Positions 36,746 to 47,058 of a stretch of DNA of 54,361 nt are shown here, piece after piece (positions within the stretch are counted from its first letter, which is position 1; each line of letters begins with the position of its first letter). Below the pieces are notes generated by a model that saw nothing but the letters and a program-made list of their open reading frames with translations, ran no database searches and was not told the DNA's origin. This DNA comes from a virus (taxonomy: Duplodnaviria > Caudoviricetes). A program made the translations under genes and the position numbers. The stretch is taken from positions 1 to 54,361 of IMG/VR virus record IMGVR_UViG_3300022074_000053; one strand, written 5' to 3'.

Positions 36746-37084
36746 ATGTCACAAGAAGTCTTTATTGTAAATCTGGTTATGCACACCGGAACCGATTTTA
36801 CACAAACCTATGTCCTTGAAGACACAACATCAAATTCCGAAAAAGAACTAGATGGATTTTCTGCTTGTGCTCAAATAAGAAGGTATGAAACCTCTAGTGT
36901 GGCGGCAGTATTCAGCACAAATTTTAAGGATGGTGGTAGAATAGAGATCAGTATGGAAAGAACTGTCACTTCTACATTAAAACCAGGAAAGTATTTCTAC
37001 GACTTAGTCATTAAAGACAGTAGTGATGTTAAGACAAGAGTGGTTGAAGGAACCATTCACGTTAAGAAATCAATTACTAGATAA
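36746..37084 (+). CDS. putative virion structural protein (paralog 2)
   Basis: GTDF, AQIRR, KPGKYFYD, RVVEGTI. Confidence 0.7.
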   Translation: MSQEVFIVNLVMHTGTDFTQTYVLEDTTSNSEKELDGFSACAQIRRYETSSVAAVFSTNFKDGGRIEISMERTVTSTLKPGKYFYDLVIKDSSDVKTRVVEGTIHVKKSITR

Positions 37085-37726
37085 TTACTTTCTTATATTA
37101 TCGTAGTATTTTTTACTTGATTTATATTTGTCGTAACCCCAGTTTCTTCTTGGTTTTACTACTGGTGTGGTTGGAGCAGCAACTCCTGGATCTTTAGGTT
37201 GGTCACCCTGAGTGGTTGAATCATTACCTGATCCTGTAACGCTGTCAAGCACTTCCTTTCCACCAACAAGTGCTAATCCAGCACCAGTAGTAATAGCAGC
37301 ACCTTTAACTAAAGGAGTATTTAATTTATTTTTTACATTTTTAGTAACTTTAGTTACTTTCTGACCCGCAGGAGAATTTTTAATCTTTGATCCGAGACCT
37401 TTAATACCAGATCCCTGGTTCACACCTGGAATTGAAAGTTGTTTAGTGCTTCCTCCACGAGAGAAAAGACCTTTTAGTTTGGTTGCTTGTTTGGCTAACC
37501 AACCACCAATAGCACCTAAACCAATTCTTTCACATATTATGAATAATTCTGGATTTCCAAGATCAACACTTTCCGTTAAAACTAAAGAACTGAGAATACC
37601 TTCTACTTGTTCCTCATCATCACAGTTCCAAAATTCTAAAATTTCTTCAACACTATAATCATCCTTAAGCATAGCATCAGTGACGCTAAGGAAGTATTTT
37701 TCTTCGTCTGTGTAATTGTAGTACAT
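37085..37726 (-). CDS. hypothetical protein (acidic N-terminus, basic/hydrophobic C-terminus)
   Basis: 213-aa ORF with GGAGG RBS. Confidence 0.7.
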   Translation of the reverse strand: MYYNYTDEEKYFLSVTDAMLKDDYSVEEILEFWNCDDEEQVEGILSSLVLTESVDLGNPELFIICERIGLGAIGGWLAKQATKLKGLFSRGGSTKQLSIPGVNQGSGIKGLGSKIKNSPAGQKVTKVTKNVKNKLNTPLVKGAAITTGAGLALVGGKEVLDSVTGSGNDSTTQGDQPKDPGVAAPTTPVVKPRRNWGYDKYKSSKKYYDNIRK

Positions 37727-37735
37727 AGTTACCTC

Positions 37736-39154
37736 CTATTTCTTTTTTGGTTTTTTTCTAAGTCTCGATAGAACTTTATCTGCCAAAGAAGTTCCGGCAG
37801 TATATCCAGCGACTCCTCCACCAATCGTTCCAACAGGTCCAGCAAAACTACCAAGACTAGATCCTACAGCACCACCTAACCACCCAGCAGCGGTTCTAAA
37901 ACCAGATTTGAGACCAGCTTTAAGTCTACTATCTCCAGATGCTCTATTTTTTCTATAATCTAAGAAAGTATCAAGACCAGCACCAACAGCACCTAAACCT
38001 TTAGCAGCTTTACCTGCGTACTTACCAAGATTTCTTTCAACTGCTTTATCAATAGTCTTTTGTGTTACAGGTGTAGGTTTTCCTTTAAGGAGATTTTTTT
38101 CTGGTGTAATATCTTTTACTTTAACTGGTTCAACATCAATAACAGAGTTTTTAGGATTTACTAAACTCTTAAAATTCTTTTTAGATAATGCCTTTTGAGA
38201 GGATGTAGTTTTTCCTACTGATAATCCCCCAACACTTTTAATAAATGATTTATTTCCTCTAGCGAGAGTAACTTCAGATCCTGGTTTGGGTTTATTTTTG
38301 AAAGAGTATCCAGATCTATTAGATTTTTTTACATCATTGCCTACAAGATTTTTAATTACTTTATCAAGATCAGCACCTCTTGTTTTAGAAATATCTCTTG
38401 TAGCATCCGCTTGAGCACGAAATCTTGTGCGTTGACCTTTCGTAGATGACCTCCCAACCATCTCTGGTTTAGCACCAGATGCTTTGAGACCCTGTGCATC
38501 TACAAAATCTTGAGTTACCTTGCGACCTTGATCCTGCATACTACGGATGTACTCATTAGCAGGAGTCTGCGGTACAGTTTTAACTGGGGTGCCTGGAAAG
38601 GGATCTGGTATAGAAGGTTTCCCAGATTTCGCTCGCTTAGTGACATTTTTAAATGGTCTAGCAGGTGCCGGAATCTTCGACTTAAATGGATCAGGAATAC
38701 CTTGCTTTACAGTTCTCTTCTGCCTTACAGAACGATCAACATTGGGGTTTGATTCATCTGCTTTCAGACCACCAGACTTAGAACCCGAGAATCCTCTTCT
38801 TGCTGCTATATCAGACTTTACTCTGGCAGTAGCACCACTCCTATCTCCAGGGAACGACAAGGTACCTCTAGCAAGACTTCCAGTGGTTTTGCCACCAGTT
38901 GCTCCTTTTACCCTCTGAGCGCTTCTAAACTTCGCTGCCTGCTTGGAAACATCTGCCTGCTTCACTGCCGTTGTCTTGGGCGTTTTAGGTGCCTCAGGGT
39001 TTGCTACCTTAGGAGGATTAGAAGGATCTGAAAACTTCTTATCAATTTTTTTCCGATTACTTAGATCCAATGGATCTCTATCTCCTGGAGCAGGGGATGC
39101 TACAGCAGTATTACCTTTTTTTCTTTCTAGTATAAAATTACTAAACGACTTCAT
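37736..39154 (-). CDS. putative internal virion protein, basic, with glycine-zipper tail
   Basis: Start MKSFSNFILE below late promoter TATAAATA (39181-39188); GWLGGAVGSSLG..GGGVAG. Confidence 0.7.
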   Translation of the reverse strand: MKSFSNFILERKKGNTAVASPAPGDRDPLDLSNRKKIDKKFSDPSNPPKVANPEAPKTPKTTAVKQADVSKQAAKFRSAQRVKGATGGKTTGSLARGTLSFPGDRSGATARVKSDIAARRGFSGSKSGGLKADESNPNVDRSVRQKRTVKQGIPDPFKSKIPAPARPFKNVTKRAKSGKPSIPDPFPGTPVKTVPQTPANEYIRSMQDQGRKVTQDFVDAQGLKASGAKPEMVGRSSTKGQRTRFRAQADATRDISKTRGADLDKVIKNLVGNDVKKSNRSGYSFKNKPKPGSEVTLARGNKSFIKSVGGLSVGKTTSSQKALSKKNFKSLVNPKNSVIDVEPVKVKDITPEKNLLKGKPTPVTQKTIDKAVERNLGKYAGKAAKGLGAVGAGLDTFLDYRKNRASGDSRLKAGLKSGFRTAAGWLGGAVGSSLGSFAGPVGTIGGGVAGYTAGTSLADKVLSRLRKKPKKK

Positions 39155-39187
39155 TCCGCTACCGCGTTCCAGTATAAGAATATTTAT

Positions 39188-39218
39188 AAAAAAAGGGAGA
39201 GGACTAATCCTCTCCCTT
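39188..39218 (-). terminator. intrinsic terminator after the nrd operon
   Basis: AAGGGAGAGGA-TTAG-TCCTCTCCCTT plus T run. Confidence 0.85.
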
Positions 39219-39344
39219 GAATGCTTCATATCCATCATATTCTCCAAACATATAGGAATCAGATAATGCCGCCTCCCTATATGCTTGTAGTGATTTATCC
39301 GTTAACTCAAAGTTGGAATCCTGAGAAGGTGTCTTTTTTGACAT
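39204..39344 (-). CDS. 46-aa hypothetical protein
   Basis: MSKKTPSQ...AYREAALSDSYMFGEYDGY; overlaps nrdB end. Confidence 0.45.
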   Translation of the reverse strand: MSKKTPSQDSNFELTDKSLQAYREAALSDSYMFGEYDGYEAFKGED

Positions 39345-40491
39345 CTTGTTTGATCCCTCCAACGATGTAAGACTCAACCTCAGTCTCCTGAGGAGCGACT
39401 TGAAGACCCTTCGACGAAATCCAATGTTCCGTCCAGGGGAGTGGGTTATTCTTTGCGGGAATGTCATAGATAGGTTTTAATCCAATTGCCTTCATTCTAC
39501 GATTGGCAACCCATTCAACATATTGTTGAAGAAGTTTATCATTTAGACCAATCATAGATCCATCTTTAAACAAATACTCTGCCCAAAGTTTTTCCTGATT
39601 AACACAGTTCTCAAAGGCATTGAGCAACCACTGTTGCTCTTCTTTGAAAATTTGTTTCATCTCAGGATCATCACCCTGCTTCCACTTATTCAAGATATTT
39701 TGAGTGATGGCAAGGTGTGTATTTTCATCTCTAGCAATTAATGAGATGATTTTTGCAGATCCCTCCATGAGTTTGAGTTCGCCAAACGCAAAACTGCAAG
39801 CGAAACTGACATAAAAGCGAATACCTTCAAGAATATTAACGTTTGCAATTGCTCTGAAGAGTTTGCGCTTGAGTTCATATCGGGATTCTAAGGCGTAAGG
39901 AACTTGTTCTAATGCGTGTTGCCATTCGTTAGAGTTATCCCATTGATGGGCAGCATTCAGAAAATCATTATATGCTTGAGTAACACTGGTAGCACGCTCT
40001 ACAATACGATCATCTGTCAAAATGTGGTCAAATACATCTGAAGGATCGGCATATACATTTTTGATGATATGTGTATATGAACGACTGTGGATCATTTCCA
40101 TGAATCCCCAGACTTCCATACATGCTTCTAATTCAGGTAATGAGCAGTAAGGGATAAAAGCCATCCCAGGACCGCGCCCTTGTACAGAATCCAGCATGAT
40201 CTGGTATTTAAGATTGCTGGTAAAAATGTGCTTTTGCTCTGGACGTAATGTCTGATAATCACTGCGATCCTTTTGTAAGGAGACCTCTTCAGGTCTCCAG
40301 AAAAAACCTAATTGCTGTGTTGTTAATTTGTCGAAGACTGGATACTTGTAAGAATCATATCTTTGGATTCCTAGTGGTTTACCGAAGAACATCGGTTGTT
40401 TTTTAGTGTCAACTACTTCTGAGTTGAATACGGTCATGGAGTCAACCATTGGTTTCTCCTCTTTGTTCGTCTTAAATCTTACAAGACTCAC
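39307..40491 (-). CDS. nrdB: ribonucleotide reductase class Ia beta subunit
   Basis: FWRPEEV, LDSVQ, EMIHSRSY, LEGIRFY, ARDENTH, APQETE. Confidence 0.98.
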   Translation of the reverse strand: MSLVRFKTNKEEKPMVDSMTVFNSEVVDTKKQPMFFGKPLGIQRYDSYKYPVFDKLTTQQLGFFWRPEEVSLQKDRSDYQTLRPEQKHIFTSNLKYQIMLDSVQGRGPGMAFIPYCSLPELEACMEVWGFMEMIHSRSYTHIIKNVYADPSDVFDHILTDDRIVERATSVTQAYNDFLNAAHQWDNSNEWQHALEQVPYALESRYELKRKLFRAIANVNILEGIRFYVSFACSFAFGELKLMEGSAKIISLIARDENTHLAITQNILNKWKQGDDPEMKQIFKEEQQWLLNAFENCVNQEKLWAEYLFKDGSMIGLNDKLLQQYVEWVANRRMKAIGLKPIYDIPAKNNPLPWTEHWISSKGLQVAPQETEVESYIVGGIKQDVKKDTFSGFQL

Positions 40492-42769
40492 ACTCTTCCT
40501 CCTCTGCGTTTTCTAGTTGAGCGATTAGATTATCAAGACTTTCTTTGGTATCTTCTACCTCATCAGTCTTGATGTCGTAGGTGTTTTGATAATATGAAGT
40601 CTTCCAACCAAGTTTATATGTGGTTAGAAGATCCTGTGCCATTACTGAGACTGGAACTTCATTATCGGGGTATTGTTCTGGATTATAACTCCAGTTTCCG
40701 CTGATTGCTTGATCAAAGAACTTCTGCATAACAGCAACAATATTGATGTAACCGTTATTAGACTCCATATCCCAGAGGAGCGTGTAATTGTTTTTAAGAG
40801 TTGCATATTGAGGAACAATTTGTTTGAGTGGTCCTTTTTTGCTTTTCTTAATGGACAAATACCCTCTAGGTGGTTCGATTCCATTTGTTGCGTTTGACAC
40901 AACGGAACTGCTCTCTGATGGCATCTGAGCAGACAGTGTTGAGTTCCTAACTCCATAGGAGAGAACCTTAGTTCTAAGATCCTCCCAATCATAGTGAAGC
41001 TCATTCGGAACTATTTGATCTACATCATGTTTATATGTATCAATTGGAAGAATTCCATTCGCATACTTTGTTCGGCTACTATACTCACAGGCACCTTTTT
41101 CTTTCGCAAGATCTACTGTAGCAGAAATAAGATAATATTGAAATGCTTCAGTCAATTCGTGAACCAGTTTCCATGCCTCAGGATCGTTGTAATTAACGCC
41201 CTGCTTCGCCAGGAAGTGTGCTAAACCAATGTAACCAATTCCAAGTGAGCGGCGTGCTCTTGTGGCGATTTCTGCTGCTCTGATGGGGTAGTTTTGAAAA
41301 TCAATAAGTTCATCAAGACTGCGAACAGCAAGATCGCAGAGAACTTGAAGATCCTCAAAATCCCTAATTTTCCCAACATTAACAGCACTAAGGATGCACA
41401 GAGCAATTTCTCCATTTTCATCATCAATATGATTAAGTGGTTTTGTTGGTAATGTAATCTCTTGACATAGATTACTCATTTCAACTTTATCTGTGAAAGA
41501 AGAATGAGAATTACAATGATCGATATTCATAATGTAGAGACGACCAGTCTCAGCACGTTCTTTTAGAATATCTAAGAATAGATCTTGTGCCCCGATAATT
41601 TTGCGCGGAACAGATCCATCAGATTCATAACGCTTATAGAGATCATCAAACGATTCAGTGCCAAAAGCATCATACAAACCTGGAACATCGTGAGGGCTGA
41701 AGAGACTGATTTCTTCATTCTTGATAAAACGTTCGTAAAATAGTTTAGAGATTTGGATGCTGTAGTCCAACTTTCGGACACGGTTATCTTCCGTCCCTTT
41801 ATTGTTCTTGAGTACAATGATATCCTCTATTTCTTGGTGCCAGATAGGAAAGTGAACAGTCGCTGACCCACCTCTGATGCCGTTTTGTGTGCAGCATCGG
41901 ACAGTTGCTTCAAACTTTTTGAGGAAGGGGACCACACCTGTGTGTTGAACCTCTCCGCCTCTGATTTTAGCGTTGATGCCCCTGATGCGACCTGCGTTGA
42001 TACCGATGCCCGCCCTTTGTGCAACGTATCGGCCAATTGCCATATCAGAACTAAAGATAGAATCGAGGGAGTCATCAACATCAACAAGAACACAGCTAGC
42101 ATATTGTCGAAGTGGAGTTCGCACTCCCGCCATGATAGGTGTGGGGATGTTGATTTTGTGCCTGGAGATTGCGTCATAGTACTTCTTTACATAATCGAGA
42201 CGTGTTTCTTTTGGATACTTTGAAAAGATAGTAGCAGCAATCAACAGATACATGAACTGAGGGGTCTCATACTGAGCACCGGTGCTGCGATCTTGAACCA
42301 GATACTTATCAACTACCTGGCGCAAACCAGCGTAGGTAAACAAGTAATCGCGATGATGATCAATAAACGATTCAAGTTTATCAAATTCTTCCTTTGTGTA
42401 AAGGTCAAGAATCTCAGAATCATAGACTCCTTTTTCTACACAATTTTTAGTGTGCTCATAAACAGTGTGAGTATCGTGAATACGACCATTAATCTGCTTC
42501 CTGAGAGCAAACAGAAGCAGTCTAGCAGCGACGAATTGATAGTTTGGATGATCCAGATCAATCAAGTCACTTGCAGAGCGAATCAGGATCTCCTGAATCT
42601 CTGCCGTAGTTATACCATCATAGAATTGTATGCCAGACTGCATCTCAACTTGAGAAGCAGAAACACCTGCCAAATCATTACATGCTTCTTCAACCATAAC
42701 GTGAAGTTTATTCAAGTCAAGAGGTTCTGTATTTCCATTTCTCTTAACTACCTTGGTCCCGTTGCTCAT
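40472..42769 (-). CDS. nrdA: ribonucleotide reductase class Ia alpha subunit
   Basis: ATP cone VVKRNG, PTPIMAG, SCVL, SNLCQEI, C-terminal CESCKI. Confidence 0.98.
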   Translation of the reverse strand: MSNGTKVVKRNGNTEPLDLNKLHVMVEEACNDLAGVSASQVEMQSGIQFYDGITTAEIQEILIRSASDLIDLDHPNYQFVAARLLLFALRKQINGRIHDTHTVYEHTKNCVEKGVYDSEILDLYTKEEFDKLESFIDHHRDYLFTYAGLRQVVDKYLVQDRSTGAQYETPQFMYLLIAATIFSKYPKETRLDYVKKYYDAISRHKINIPTPIMAGVRTPLRQYASCVLVDVDDSLDSIFSSDMAIGRYVAQRAGIGINAGRIRGINAKIRGGEVQHTGVVPFLKKFEATVRCCTQNGIRGGSATVHFPIWHQEIEDIIVLKNNKGTEDNRVRKLDYSIQISKLFYERFIKNEEISLFSPHDVPGLYDAFGTESFDDLYKRYESDGSVPRKIIGAQDLFLDILKERAETGRLYIMNIDHCNSHSSFTDKVEMSNLCQEITLPTKPLNHIDDENGEIALCILSAVNVGKIRDFEDLQVLCDLAVRSLDELIDFQNYPIRAAEIATRARRSLGIGYIGLAHFLAKQGVNYNDPEAWKLVHELTEAFQYYLISATVDLAKEKGACEYSSRTKYANGILPIDTYKHDVDQIVPNELHYDWEDLRTKVLSYGVRNSTLSAQMPSESSSVVSNATNGIEPPRGYLSIKKSKKGPLKQIVPQYATLKNNYTLLWDMESNNGYINIVAVMQKFFDQAISGNWSYNPEQYPDNEVPVSVMAQDLLTTYKLGWKTSYYQNTYDIKTDEVEDTKESLDNLIAQLENAEEEECESCKI

Positions 42770-43737
42770 ATCTTTTTCCAAATGTTGAATTTAACTTTTG
42801 CTTCTAAACCAGAATATGTATTTGATTCTATCATAGACATTACATCATGTCCAGCGATAATCATGTCATTGATATCTTTTTCTATGATACCGTTTGGCCA
42901 GATGACGACTTTTTGATTTCTGTCGATACATCTCTCAATTCTTCCAACAATTTCACGATTGCGGGGCTCGTTATCGTAAACAAGAATAATGTCGCTTCCC
43001 TCAAGATAACCCAAGTCACCATCACTACCACACAAAGCCACGCTATTGTTGATGAAAGTGCTGTCAAAGGGTCCTTCGACCACATAGATTGGTAGTTTTT
43101 CATCAATTGTTTCAAGTCCATAAATTTTCGGCGCTTCATCCTCTAACATCACGGTGATATATTTAACAGAGTTAGGAATTAGACTTCTACCCTGAAAACC
43201 AATAAGATTCTTACCCTTATCATACATTGGTATAATAATACGCGGTTCATCCCTATATGTGGAGTCAAACGTTTGTTTTTGTATATTTGTCCACTCTTTG
43301 AATTTATTAGTATAATAAAACTTTTCAGGATTAAGTTTTCTATCTTCCAAATATTTTCTAGCAACATCATTCTCAGATGCTTTAGGAATATCTAACTTTT
43401 TCTTGAATACTGGTTTCTTAAATTCAAAGACAGGTTCTTCGCTGACAAAATTTCTTCCTGTATGACCTTCCTTAAATTTCTCAAGAGTATACTGCTTATG
43501 AAGAGTAGTATCAAGTTTCTTGATAAAATTATTCAATGACAAACTAGCACCACAGTTGTGACACTTAAAGTTGGTATTGTTCTTCACAACATACATATAC
43601 CCACGACACTTATTCTTGTTCTTCTGTGAGTCTCCACAGATGGGGCAACGGAAGTTGTATAGGTCAGGTTTGACCTTCTTGAATTTTTGTAGGCGTGACG
43701 AAATTAATCCAACATACTTGGAATCAATTAGATCCAT
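42766..43737 (-). CDS. gp61: DNA primase (T4 gp61)
   Basis: CPICGDS..CHNC zinc finger, RIIIP, VEGPFDS, DNEPRN, KDINDM. Confidence 0.96.
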   Translation of the reverse strand: MDLIDSKYVGLISSRLQKFKKVKPDLYNFRCPICGDSQKNKNKCRGYMYVVKNNTNFKCHNCGASLSLNNFIKKLDTTLHKQYTLEKFKEGHTGRNFVSEEPVFEFKKPVFKKKLDIPKASENDVARKYLEDRKLNPEKFYYTNKFKEWTNIQKQTFDSTYRDEPRIIIPMYDKGKNLIGFQGRSLIPNSVKYITVMLEDEAPKIYGLETIDEKLPIYVVEGPFDSTFINNSVALCGSDGDLGYLEGSDIILVYDNEPRNREIVGRIERCIDRNQKVVIWPNGIIEKDINDMIIAGHDVMSMIESNTYSGLEAKVKFNIWKKI

Positions 43738-43746
43738 TACAACAGG

Positions 43747-44160
43747 TCACTTTCTTCTTTCTATTATAACCTGCTGTGGTTCGGGAGTCAAGAAAAGGGG
43801 TGCCAGTCTGCTACCTGCACCAATGACAAGTGCTGCTACAACTAGAACACCACCAACTTGCCATCTAAACTTGGAAAATCCTCTTATCTCCTCTTGTATC
43901 TTATCAATTCTACCGTGAATTACTTTATGATTCTTTTCCTCATTGTATTTAATCTCATCAATCATCTTGATGATGAGTTCGTCACTTTTAATACTTTGCT
44001 CTATCCTTTCATCATGCTTCGCTAGGATTTGAGCGATTCTTGCGTTTCCTTCAGATATTTTATCAACAGCGTTCTCTAACTTCGCCAACATCTCTCTGGA
44101 GAGATCCTCGTAAATATCTAACTTAGTCTGTAACTGAGCAACTTTTGAATCTGAGAACAT
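43747..44160 (-). CDS. coiled-coil plus TM hypothetical protein
   Basis: LAKHDERIE coiled coil, C-terminal TM helix. Confidence 0.7.
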   Translation of the reverse strand: MFSDSKVAQLQTKLDIYEDLSREMLAKLENAVDKISEGNARIAQILAKHDERIEQSIKSDELIIKMIDEIKYNEEKNHKVIHGRIDKIQEEIRGFSKFRWQVGGVLVVAALVIGAGSRLAPLFLTPEPQQVIIERRK

Positions 44161-44579
44161 TATGCCATCCAGTTCTTACGTGAACCTCTACCCGCGTAAA
44201 TGTACTTTTTCTTCTTCCTTACAGGAGGATCATCTCCTGCTTGAACTGTCCCTGCGATCTTACCATCACCAACATTATTAGTTGGACCCATGGACATCTC
44301 TTCCTTATAAGGTTTTCTTTTCTTATTACCAGGAAATTCTCCTCTATCCTTATATTCTTTATCAGTCAGATAAGCTTGTGGATCATTATGAAACTTCTTC
44401 GCATCCTTTTTACCAGTTGGATCAGTAATCATTTGACGAATTGATCTTACTTTTGCTTGTGAAGTTAAAGCATTAGTTCCACCGCCGCCACCACCCATTC
44501 CAGGAGCACCCGGAGGAAGTCCAAATTCTTTTAAGATGCGTTGCTCTCTTATAATATTAATGATTTTATTAATATCCAT
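44160..44579 (-). CDS. hypothetical protein
   Basis: Coupled ORF, PTNN..G.IAG..DDPPV motif. Confidence 0.65.
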   Translation of the reverse strand: MDINKIINIIREQRILKEFGLPPGAPGMGGGGGGTNALTSQAKVRSIRQMITDPTGKKDAKKFHNDPQAYLTDKEYKDRGEFPGNKKRKPYKEEMSMGPTNNVGDGKIAGTVQAGDDPPVRKKKKYIYAGRGSRKNWMA

Positions 44580-44950
44580 TATAGATTCTTTAATTCATCT
44601 AAACAAATATGATCTACTGGAATTCCAGATATATGAGTTTTTGGATAATCAGGAATTCTATTCAAAAAGACAAGAAAACTTTTTATTGATGGCCAAAGAT
44701 CTTCCTCTAAATTGTAAAATAAAAGAGGAACTGCAGCATCATCAAAAACATTGAATAAAATTATAAGATGATTTAATATCAGGTGAATCTTAAGTTCACC
44801 TGTATTTTTATATCTTTTCAATAAACGTTTTATGTAACGGATTCTCTTTAAATCCGCCTCAAAGTCATCTCTGGTAACGGCTTGAGGATTATTATAAAAT
44901 TTTATAGCAAAGAGTAAATAATTACTCTCATTCAATTCATCAAATCTCAT
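44579..44950 (-). CDS. conserved T4-like phage hypothetical protein
   Basis: DLKRIRYIKRLL..LILNHLIILFNVF. Confidence 0.8.
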   Translation of the reverse strand: MRFDELNESNYLLFAIKFYNNPQAVTRDDFEADLKRIRYIKRLLKRYKNTGELKIHLILNHLIILFNVFDDAAVPLLFYNLEEDLWPSIKSFLVFLNRIPDYPKTHISGIPVDHICLDELKNL

Positions 44951-44971
44951 ACCATATTATCAGTTATTTAA

Positions 44972-45475
44972 TCAATCTGCGTATTGTGAATCATCGCCAG
45001 CATCACCAGTTATACTGCTTCCAGCAACAAGTGTTTCTGTCTTAATTCTAGCCACACCGTGCATATCGGTGTAGGACTTTACAGCAACCCATCCAGCGTG
45101 AGATGGAGCATACTTACGTGCAGTTCCAGAGGCAGCATTTGCAACTGCTTGCTCATTAGTATCTACTCCGAAAATCTCTTCACCATCGTAGTTAGAGTCT
45201 TCGTTTACATAAACTGGTTGCTCAGAGATGTTGTAAGTAACGCCACTGATAGCGGTTCCGTCAAGACCAGTTGTATTATGAAGAACAGCAGTGGTATTAC
45301 CAGTGCGCTCCTTAATAACTGCACTTCCTTTTCCTGTAATAGTAACGACTGCACCCTCAATAGCGGAAGCAGCAGGAAGAGTAGCACCACCACCGAAAGT
45401 TGCAACCTTAGTTGTAAGGTTGACACTAACAGTACCAGTCGAATATAAAGAGTCTGATGTGCCCCAAAGAGACAT
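44972..45475 (-). CDS. putative virion structural protein
   Basis: MSLWG..FGVD..HAGWV..ETLVA; late promoter TATAAATA at 45506-45513. Confidence 0.7.
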   Translation of the reverse strand: MSLWGTSDSLYSTGTVSVNLTTKVATFGGGATLPAASAIEGAVVTITGKGSAVIKERTGNTTAVLHNTTGLDGTAISGVTYNISEQPVYVNEDSNYDGEEIFGVDTNEQAVANAASGTARKYAPSHAGWVAVKSYTDMHGVARIKTETLVAGSSITGDAGDDSQYAD

Positions 45476-45522
45476 GTTTCCTTACCTATGAATCTTGTAT
45501 GGAAATATTTATAAAAAGAGAA

Positions 45523-45726
45523 TCACTCCTCTTCTTTAGCAACCATAGCTTTCTTGACAACTTCCAGTAGTTGATCGTCCATATCAGTCTTGGTTAGCTT
45601 AACCGCTTTACCCAAGATAACAAGACAGATCTCAACCAACTTCTCACCGAGTTCCTCATTTTCCGGAATCTTCGCGACCGCATCGGAGATAATTTTTGAC
45701 GCAAGTGGGAGTAAAAATGCAAACAT
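45523..45726 (-). CDS. conserved hypothetical protein
   Basis: LTKTDMDDQLLE motif. Confidence 0.7.
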   Translation of the reverse strand: MFAFLLPLASKIISDAVAKIPENEELGEKLVEICLVILGKAVKLTKTDMDDQLLEVVKKAMVAKEEE

Positions 45727-45771
45727 TGTTTTATCACATACTTACATTATATAGTGGACTTTACTATTTTT

Positions 45772-47040
45772 TCAGATTCCTGTCTCTGATCCGTCAGCGT
45801 ATTTTTTCATTTTAGATCCATCAGGATTCATTGTTGCTTTACGTGCTCTTTCTGCAGCACGTCTTTTGATTTCATTGTTGGAATTGTTAAAGTCTGGATG
45901 ACCACCACCAGCAGTAACTGATGTTTGCTCACAAGTTGCCGCCATCTTAGCAGATGAGGCAGTCATTGCTTTCATGGTCTCTTCTTCACCAGGTTCCATA
46001 TTCATAATCAATGGATTCTTCATACCCATTGCTCTCAACTTATTCTTAAGAAGTGTTCTATAAGTTGCTCTTTCACCAGCAGAGATTTCTTCCTTCTCTT
46101 TTTTACCCTCTTCAACAGTATCTGGACATGCCTTCGTGCCATGAATATCACAATCTTTTCCTTCTTCTGTTTTAGTACATACTAATTTTTTCTTTTCAAT
46201 CAATTCTTTCAGTTTAGAAGCACTCTCTGTTGTAGGCATTACCTTAACAGCACCAGTCTTGTAATTATCAATGTTAGAAGGGTTGATTTTTTTGGTGTTC
46301 TGTCCTTCAGTTGAAGTAGTTCCATCAACAAGGAACTCTTCCTTCACTGCATTCTTCTTAGCAATCGCTTTATTAATAGCATCACGACGGTTGTAGATGT
46401 ACTTATCAGTGCCATCTTTCTTACCATCATTGTTTACATCACCATCTCTATCACTAGATTTCTTGGCAACTGGATCCATTTTTCCTTTACCTTCTCGTTT
46501 GGTTCCTTCATAAGGATCACCGTGCTCAGTCATCTCAACTTTCAAACCCTTTGATCTTAGCGCAGTAATTTTTTCACGATTGGCATATCTTACATACGAT
46601 TTACCAGATTTTTCATCAATGACTCTTACCTTATACTTCTTCTCTGAAGTTTCATCTTCCTGGATGACCTCTTCTTCAATAGTCTTCTCAACGAAGACTT
46701 TAAACATTGCTTTTGCGACAGCACTAGTAGCACCATCATTCATAGTAGCATCATAAGACTCTTTCTTATCACCACCACCATCTTTTCCAAATAGTTTTGC
46801 TCTAACTGCTGCTTGTTCTGGAGCAGTAAGATTGCTGTTAGACATATACTGGGAGTATGCCGCTCTCAAATCAATACCTTCTCTTCTAGCACGATAACGG
46901 ATATCGTAAACTGCTTGACGAATCTTCTTCTCAGAACCATCACCTTTTACACTACTTTCACCCGGAGCAGTATCTGCTGGAGCTGCTTTCGCAGGAGCGT
47001 GCTTTCTCGCTGGGAGTTCCTCAAATATCTTTTTAGTCAT
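45772..47040 (-). CDS. hypothetical late protein with a Ca-binding-like loop
   Basis: RQAVYDIRYRARRE; DRDGDVNNDGKKDGTD; ATAAATA upstream. Confidence 0.7.
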   Translation of the reverse strand: MTKKIFEELPARKHAPAKAAPADTAPGESSVKGDGSEKKIRQAVYDIRYRARREGIDLRAAYSQYMSNSNLTAPEQAAVRAKLFGKDGGGDKKESYDATMNDGATSAVAKAMFKVFVEKTIEEEVIQEDETSEKKYKVRVIDEKSGKSYVRYANREKITALRSKGLKVEMTEHGDPYEGTKREGKGKMDPVAKKSSDRDGDVNNDGKKDGTDKYIYNRRDAINKAIAKKNAVKEEFLVDGTTSTEGQNTKKINPSNIDNYKTGAVKVMPTTESASKLKELIEKKKLVCTKTEEGKDCDIHGTKACPDTVEEGKKEKEEISAGERATYRTLLKNKLRAMGMKNPLIMNMEPGEEETMKAMTASSAKMAATCEQTSVTAGGGHPDFNNSNNEIKRRAAERARKATMNPDGSKMKKYADGSETGI

Positions 47041-47058
47041 CGGAAGAATTCTAGAATA

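Noticed and set aside
39307-42769. Inteins or introns in nrdA/nrdB (also checked gp41, uvsX and the gp43 fragment)
   Set aside because: Lengths and motifs are continuous and typical
42293-42916. 207-aa antisense ORF over nrdA/primase
   Set aside because: Fully opposite conserved genes, no motifs or expression signals
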